Positions 58,559 through 64,000 of a stretch of DNA of 64,000 bases are shown in pieces. The DNA is from Candidatus Aminicenantes bacterium. GTDB taxonomy: Bacteria > Acidobacteriota > Aminicenantia > Aminicenantales > Saccharicenantaceae. Below the pieces are notes generated by a model. It did not search any database. It saw only the letters and a list, made by a program, of their open reading frames with translations, and was not told where the DNA came from. Within the stretch, counting starts at the first letter, position 1. Every line of letters starts with the position of its first letter. The position numbers and the translations under genes are program-made. Location of the stretch: assembly GCA_963754085.1 (NCBI GenBank), contig CAVWFA010000003.1:391854-455853 (forward strand). The letters run 5' to 3'.

Positions 58559-59182
58559 TTATGGAGCTGACCTGGTTTTATTCGAAGGCTCTTTGTCGTC
58601 CTTGGTCTGAAGATAGAGAGCGGCCAGGATGCCGATCCGGGAGTGTTTGCCCAGCTTCAGAGCCAGGCTCTTCAAGTATCCCTTCACGGTGTTCGAGCTC
58701 AGGCCCATCGCCTGCCCTATCTCTTTGTTGCTAAGGTCCGAAAAAAGGTGGCGCACGAGGTCCTGTTCTCTTGGAGAAAGCCCTTTCTCGCGGAAGATCA
58801 TCTGGAGTCGCCCCCGGGCGGCATCGGCCCGTTCCAGAACGAAAATATAACTCGGATAACGGCTGACGGCCCCCAGAAGCCGGCCGTCCAAGGCTACGCC
58901 GCGGACTTCGTACTTGCGACGATGGCTCAGAAAAGTATCGAGAGGCGGATGAACGCCGCCCTCCCGATATTCCGGCGCCACCGGCGCTTTCGCCCGCTTC
59001 TCCAAGAGCGACACCCATTTGGAGCACAGGACTATGACCGACTCGCGGGTTGGGATGGTCTTGCCGGTCGGGTTCTTGGCGAAGGCGAGCATGTTTTCCG
59101 CCAAGGAGCTGATATTGACCCGGGCCTCGGTCCCGGGAGGTCCCGGCTGATAGACGATAAAGGCCATCGCTTTATTGATCAT
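58559..59182 (-). CDS. LuxR-family (GerE-type HTH) transcriptional regulator
   Basis: C-terminal LSPREQDLVRHLFSDLSNKEIGQAMGLSSNTVKGYLKSL. Confidence 0.8.
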   Translation of the reverse strand: MINKAMAFIVYQPGPPGTEARVNISSLAENMLAFAKNPTGKTIPTRESVIVLCSKWVSLLEKRAKAPVAPEYREGGVHPPLDTFLSHRRKYEVRGVALDGRLLGAVSRYPSYIFVLERADAARGRLQMIFREKGLSPREQDLVRHLFSDLSNKEIGQAMGLSSNTVKGYLKSLALKLGKHSRIGILAALYLQTKDDKEPSNKTRSAP

Positions 59183-59362
59183 GCCCGTCCTCCCGTCCGT
59201 CAGGCCATCTTATCAAATCCGGTCGCCGCCCGGCAAATCAGCTTCGACACGCGAGCCGCTCTCCGATACGAGGGCGCTTATTGATTATTCTCGCCATCCG
59301 CGCTAGGCTCCCAAGAGACCGCCCGCCAGGGGATTGAGCGAAGCCAGGGCGAAGGAGTCAAA

Positions 59363-60652
59363 ATGGCCAGAATCACGATGCTCGGCACGGGGCTGATCGG
59401 CAGGTTCTATACACTAACGATCCATGGTCTCCGGAGCCGCGATCGCGTCGTCAACGTCTATTCGCGTTCGGCGGAGAGGGCTCGCGCGTTCGCCGCGGAT
59501 CGCGGAATCGACCGTTGGAGCGATGATCTGAAGAAGGCCGTCCGGGACCCGGAATCCGAGATCGTCGTCGTCGGCGTGCCGAACAATGTCCATCTCGAGG
59601 CCGTTCGTCTCGCGGCGGAGGCGGGCAAGGCCGTCTTATGCACGAAGCCGCTCGGGCGCACGGCCGCGGAGGCGCTCGAAATGCTTCGTGTCGTTGAGAA
59701 AGCGGGGGTCTTCGCCGGCTACCTCGAGGATCTCGTCTACACCCCGAAAACCCTCAAGGCGCTCGCTTCGATGAAAAAGGGCACGATGGGACGCATTCTC
59801 TGGACACGATCCCGCGAGACCCATCCCGGACCGCACAGCGCCTGGTTCTGGGATGCGGAGCAGTCGGGCGGCGGCGCTGTCATCGATATGGGCTGCCACT
59901 GCATCGAGATCGGCCGAATCTTCATCGGCAAGGACAAGCGGCCCCTCCGGGCCTTCTGCTGGGGCGCGACCCAGGTCCATCCCATCGAAGCCGAAGATCA
60001 CGCCATCGGCCTGGTCGAGTACGAGGGCGGCGCCATCAGCCAGTTCGAGGTCAGCTGGACGTTCCGCGGCGGGATGGACCTGCGCGACGAAGTCAGCGGG
60101 ACCGAAGGGACGATCCGCCTCGATCATTTCCTGCGTACGGGCTTCGAGATGTTCACGGCCTCGGGCGAAGGGCGGGTATGTGGCGGAGAAGAGCCGAGAG
60201 TCAGAAGGGCTGGCTCTTCCCCGGTCGGCGACGAGGCCCACGAGCTCGGCTACGTCCACATGTTCCAGGATATGCTGGACGCATGGGAAGCGGGACGCAA
60301 GCCGACGGAGACCTTTTACGACGGCTACGTTGTCAATGCCATCATCGACGCCTGCTACAAGTCGATGAAGTCGGGCCGATGGGAGCAGGTCGAGTTAGGA
60401 TGGAAAACCCTTTGGAGGGAAGCCCCGGAACGCGAAGGGCGACCGAGGGTCGCAGCCGCCCCCCTGAAGGGGCCGAAAAAGGCCCTCGGGAGGCCCCAGG
60501 AAACGAAAACGGGGGGAAATCGGGGGCAAGGCCTGGGGAAGCCCGGGAAAGCGGGTTTCATCGCGATCAAAGTGGAGCGCCTCCCGGACGGCCGGACCAA
60601 GCGGATCCTGAAAGACAAAGCTACGGGCCGCATCGTCGAGGAGATCGATTGA
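59363..60652 (+). CDS. Gfo/Idh/MocA-family NAD(P)-dependent oxidoreductase with a locally scrambled segment (60165-60225) and a C-terminal extension of about 90 aa
   Basis: [13 protein letters not shown] Rossmann N-terminus, [18 protein letters not shown] and [10 protein letters not shown] appear in the two other frames. Confidence 0.8.
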   Translation: MARITMLGTGLIGRFYTLTIHGLRSRDRVVNVYSRSAERARAFAADRGIDRWSDDLKKAVRDPESEIVVVGVPNNVHLEAVRLAAEAGKAVLCTKPLGRTAAEALEMLRVVEKAGVFAGYLEDLVYTPKTLKALASMKKGTMGRILWTRSRETHPGPHSAWFWDAEQSGGGAVIDMGCHCIEIGRIFIGKDKRPLRAFCWGATQVHPIEAEDHAIGLVEYEGGAISQFEVSWTFRGGMDLRDEVSGTEGTIRLDHFLRTGFEMFTASGEGRVCGGEEPRVRRAGSSPVGDEAHELGYVHMFQDMLDAWEAGRKPTETFYDGYVVNAIIDACYKSMKSGRWEQVELGWKTLWREAPEREGRPRVAAAPLKGPKKALGRPQETKTGGNRGQGLGKPGKAGFIAIKVERLPDGRTKRILKDKATGRIVEEID

Positions 60653-60731
60653 CATCCGAAGGTTCAAGACCGGACCACTTCCTGCAGGGAACTAGAATTC
60701 GGCGAGAGACTGGCTGAGAGAGGAGCTAGCG

Positions 60732-62278
60732 ATGGACAAACACTCGCGCTGCCGAGAACATGCCTGGCCAGCCGCCTGCGGACCTATCCTTATCGCCTCG
60801 CTAGCTGCCCGTCGGCCGCCCGTCTTTCCGCCCAGGATCCGGCCGGCCGCTCCGGCGCCTCGCTCGAGGCCGCCAAGGCCCCCGCGGTCGCCGCGCGCCG
60901 GGCCAAGCTGATGGAGATCCACAAGGACGGCGTCATCATCGTCCCTTCGCAATACAAGGCCCGCGACGGAGCGATGCAGGACAATCGCAATTTCCTCTAT
61001 CTCACCGGGCTCAAGGAGCCGGACGCGGTCCTCGTCCTCGACCCGGCCGGCAGCCCTCGCGAAACCCTGTTCCGACGGGCATCCGGCGGCCCCGGAGCTC
61101 GCGGCGCCTCGGGCGGCGGGATGGTCAGCCCGGGCGGTCCGGATGCGCCGATGGTGGCCGTCGCGCCTCGCGGCCAGGCCCCCGCTCAGGAAGCTCCCGC
61201 GCCCGACAAAGGTCTTGTCGAAAAGCCGAACTCGCAGCTCGCCTCCGCGCTCTTCGGCGCCACGATGGCCGGACGCGCCAAACGGGTCCTCCTCCCCTTC
61301 TCCGACTTCGACTTCCTCTCCCGCGCGTTCACCGGCATGAATCCCTTGGCCCAGGCCGAGGCCGTCCTCAACCTCGATCCGACGCTCTCCGAGATGCGTT
61401 TGACCAAGGACGCCGGCGAGATCGCGGCCCTGCGCGAGGCCATCGACCTCACGGCCGAGGCCCTCAACGAAGCGTACCGCGCGGCCGAGCCCGGGATGCG
61501 CGAGGTCGACCTGGCCGCGATCCTCCGCTACGCCTTCGACAAGCGCGAGACGGAGGATTCGTTCCTCCAGGCCGCTTCCGGCCCGAATTCGACCAACGTC
61601 CATTTCGGGGCGACGGCGCGCCCGCTCGCGGCCGGCGACCTCGTCGTCTTCGACGTCGGGGCCTGGATCCGCGGCTACACGTCGGACATCAGCCGGACCA
61701 TCCCGGCGAACGGGCGTTTCACGAAAGAGCAGCGGGAGATCTACGGGCTCGTTCTCGAGGCCGAGAAGCACGGCTGCCGGAGGCTCGTTCCCGGCGTCAC
61801 TTTCAAGGCGGTCCAGACCGAGGTCGAAGACATCCTGATGGCCGGGCTGGAGAAGCTCGGCCTGGTCACGGACGTCAAGAGCGCCTGGCAGCGGCGCCTC
61901 TACATCCAGCACGGGTTCGGCCACGGCATCGGCCTCGACGTCCACGACGTCTGGAGCTGGCACAATGCGCGGCTCGACAAGGTCGCGATGGCGCCCGGCA
62001 TGGTCATGACCATGGAGCCGGGATTGTATTTCCCGGAGGTGCGCTTCGACGCGTTCCTCGACGCGCTCAAGGGCAAGGCTCCCGACGCGGAGATCGCGGC
62101 GTTTCGCGAGAAGGTCGGGCCGGTCTACAAGAAGTACGCCGGCATGGGCGTCCGGATCGAGGACGACGTCCTGATCACAGAGGGCGGGAGCGAGATCCTG
62201 TCGAGCCGCGTCCCCAAGGAGATCAGTGACATCGAGAAGCTGATGAAGGAGAAGAGCCCGTTCAATCAGATGAAATAG
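60732..62278 (+). CDS. M24-family Xaa-Pro aminopeptidase, exported; frame break near 60810 between signal peptide and body
   Basis: ATG 60732 after GAGAGGAG gives MDKHSRC..GPILIASLAA. Body motifs: FDVGA..GYTSDISRT, HGFGHGIGLDVHD, MEPGLY, RIEDDV. Confidence 0.8.
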
Positions 62279-62283
62279 GCAGG

Positions 62284-62366
62284 ATAGGGGTCTGACTGAG
62301 ATAGGGGTCTGACGTGATCTTTACGCCCTCATTGTCCCTAAAGGCGTAAAGAGCAGGTCTGACCCC
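62284..62366. repeat. GGTCTGAC-type element: solo ATAGGGGTCTGAC followed by a full hairpin (GGGGTCTGACGTGATCTTTACGCC ... GGCGTAAAGAGCAGGTCTGACCCC)
   Basis: Fills the 98-nt gap between convergent stop codons (62276-62278 and 62377-62379). Confidence 0.85.
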
Positions 62367-62376
62367 TTCTTGTCTC

Positions 62377-63298
62377 TTACCGCGCCGGCGCCAGCGAGAT
62401 CAGCGCCCGCAGCGTCCTGAATCCCTCGATGTAATCGTTCGCCGTGAAAGTCAGGGTCCTGGCGTCCAAGCGCTTGACGTTGGGCAGCAGCATGGCTCCC
62501 ATGTCGGCCTGGGCCGAGACATGATAGGCCAGCTCGAAAGTATAGGGGGAGGTCATCTTGAACGGCTTGATCTGGCCTATCTTCCCGAGCGCGTCCTTGA
62601 CGCCCGCCTTGATCATCTGGCGGGCTTCGGCCATCGGGACGAGCTTGGCGGCCAGTCGGCCGTAGGCTTCTTTGACGGCGACCGTGGCGACATCCTTCCC
62701 CAAGACCTCACCCGCCTGCCGGCAGACTGCGGTATCTCCGCTGACCAGGATCACCGGGACGCCGTAATAGCCGGCGATCAGGGCAGTTGAGCCCCAATTC
62801 GGGCAGTTCGACGCCGTTGACCTTGATGGCCCGGACGACGCTTCCCGATATCGTATGGTCGAGGATGGCGTTCTCCGTGCCGGCCTTGGCGTGGTATCCG
62901 ATGAGCAGACAGGCCGCGTAGGAGGCGTCGATGCCCTGCATCATCGAAAGAGGCTTCGGAGAGCCGCTGATGAGAATGGCCTTGGGGTGCAGGTCGGCGG
63001 GGCTGACGTTTCGCATGGAGCCGTGGGAATCGTTGACCACGACCTCGGTGGCGCCGGCTAAGAGCGCGCCTTCGACTGCGGCGTTGACGTCCTCGGCCAT
63101 CCATTTGCAGCCGGCCCCGTACTCGGCCGTTCCCGGCGACGTCTGGTCGCCGTGAACGATGCCGGAGATCCCCTCCATGTCGACCGAGATGAAGACCTTG
63201 AGGGGCGGCTTGGGGGCTGGCTTCTGCTGGGCGGAGGCAAAGACCAGAGGAAGCGAAATGATGGCGACGGTGCCGAGGGCGAGGACTGTTCTTTTCAT
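62377..63298 (-). CDS. M55-family D-aminopeptidase (DppA-like), exported; frame break near 62786
   Basis: ISVDMEGISGI, NDSHG and GYHAKAG motifs. Continuation ..LIAGYYGVPVILVSGD.. runs in the neighbouring frame. Confidence 0.8.
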
Positions 63299-63323
63299 TG
63301 AACCCTCCGAAAAACACAATATT

Positions 63324-63424
63324 CTGTTTTCAGGGCCAAAAACATCGATTTAAGGCCTTTATCGTGCCAATTTATCGGTCTAACTTATTGATTTCTATGT
63401 ATATTTCTGAGGTCCGACCCCATT
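63324..63424 (-). repeat. AT-rich structured intergenic element, copy Y (minus strand; starts AATGGGGTCGGACCTCAG)
   Basis: An 18-mer identical to 34107-34124, then about 70% identity over about 100 nt, including the TGTTTTTGGCC..AAAAC hairpin. Confidence 0.7.
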
Positions 63425-64000
63425 GTAAGGCGCCTTCCGGCCCTGGCAGTGCTCGCGGTCGCAGAGCTGGCAGGCGACGAATCCCTCCTCCGAGGGGAAG
63501 AGGATACCGGAGATGGACTTCCGCGGTACCATGAGCATGCTGTCGGTCAGGCGCACCCCGATGAGTTTCTCCGTATCCCCGAAGATCGAGAAGAGCTTCG
63601 GTTGCTCGGTGATGGGCCAATCCACGAGCGACCCGGGGCTCATGTTCGAGAGCGGGCCAAGGCCATAGCGCGTCTCGATGTGCTTCGCGAGCCAGTCCGC
63701 AGCCTGTTCGAGAGCGATGTTGGCGATCTCCTCGAGGTAATACTGCTTGAGGAGATCGTCCTGGGCCGCGGCCGCCCGCTCGAGCTCAGGCCCGACCGTG
63801 ATGATGTACGGAAAGACCTTGTTAGCGCCTCTCGAGATTCTTCGCGCAGGAGCGGGCTATCGAACGTGACCCCGGCCACCTCGACCGTCCCCTCCCCTTC
63901 GCCCCGACGAACGCAACGTCCCAGGCCGCGCGGGAACGGATGAGCTCCCGGGCCAGGCGTACAATCTCGTCCAGGCTCTCGAATCCGGCCCTCGCGGGTC
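63395..64000 (-). CDS. Protein resembling the methionine-synthase B12 activation domain (Met_synt_B12-like), 5' end outside window; at least 2 frame breaks (about 63830 and about 63905)
   Basis: ..SPGSLVDWPITEQPKLFSIFGD..IGVRLTDSMLMVPRKSISGILFP. Upstream segments (AGFESLDEIVRLARELI.., GTVEVAGVTFDSPLL.., NKVFPYIITVGPEL..) run in three frames. Confidence 0.6.

Noticed and set aside
9340-63910. Programmed ribosomal frameshifting or recoding as an explanation for the split genes.
   Set aside because: There are too many events, in unrelated gene families, with no slippery heptamer plus downstream structure. The breaks sit at simple homopolymers. Consensus indels or decay are far more parsimonious.

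Overview
High-GC bacterial chromosomal segment (about two-thirds G+C by eye, strong GC3 bias) with AT-richer intergenic patches. I found no rRNA, tRNA, CRISPR array, transposase, integrase or phage genes. About 50 protein genes are supportable. They include a c-di-GMP signalling block (HK-REC-HD-GYP, 7TM-PAS-GAF-GGDEF, DUF1015, HD); central-carbon genes (lactate permease, ICL/PEP-mutase family enzyme, GTP-PEPCK); and a Tat-exported PaoABC-like molybdoenzyme operon with XdhC and MocA maturation genes. There are also many exported peptidases and hydrolases (two class-C-like serine hydrolases, an M28-M19 fusion, M24, M55, a 1090-aa BNR/Asp-box protein, and CE4 plus Ig-like repeats) and several transporters (MFS, SSS, NRAMP). 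The rest are housekeeping or accessory genes: pcnB, an RluA-family synthase, a VKOR-DsbA fusion, two PadR modules and a decayed VapBC pair.

Three things are not explained by ordinary gene annotation:
- A superfamily of palindromic elements clamped by G4/C4 ends (at least 15 copies, about 7 sequence types). They sit within 0-18 nt of stop codons, nest next to each other, show compensatory stem changes between copies, and in several cases are part of open reading frames: the RluA N-terminus, the interior of a methyltransferase, and the stop codons or last codons of three genes.
- A diverged 1.94-kb tandem duplication of a 4Fe-4S / PadR / HAAS-membrane module, with a microhomology junction.
- About 25-30 frame disruptions, concentrated in the second half of the window and mostly at homopolymer runs. 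This looks more like indel-prone consensus sequence than genuine pseudogenisation, so every 'pseudogene' call here is provisional.

All functional calls come from motif and family recognition by eye. No database search was run.
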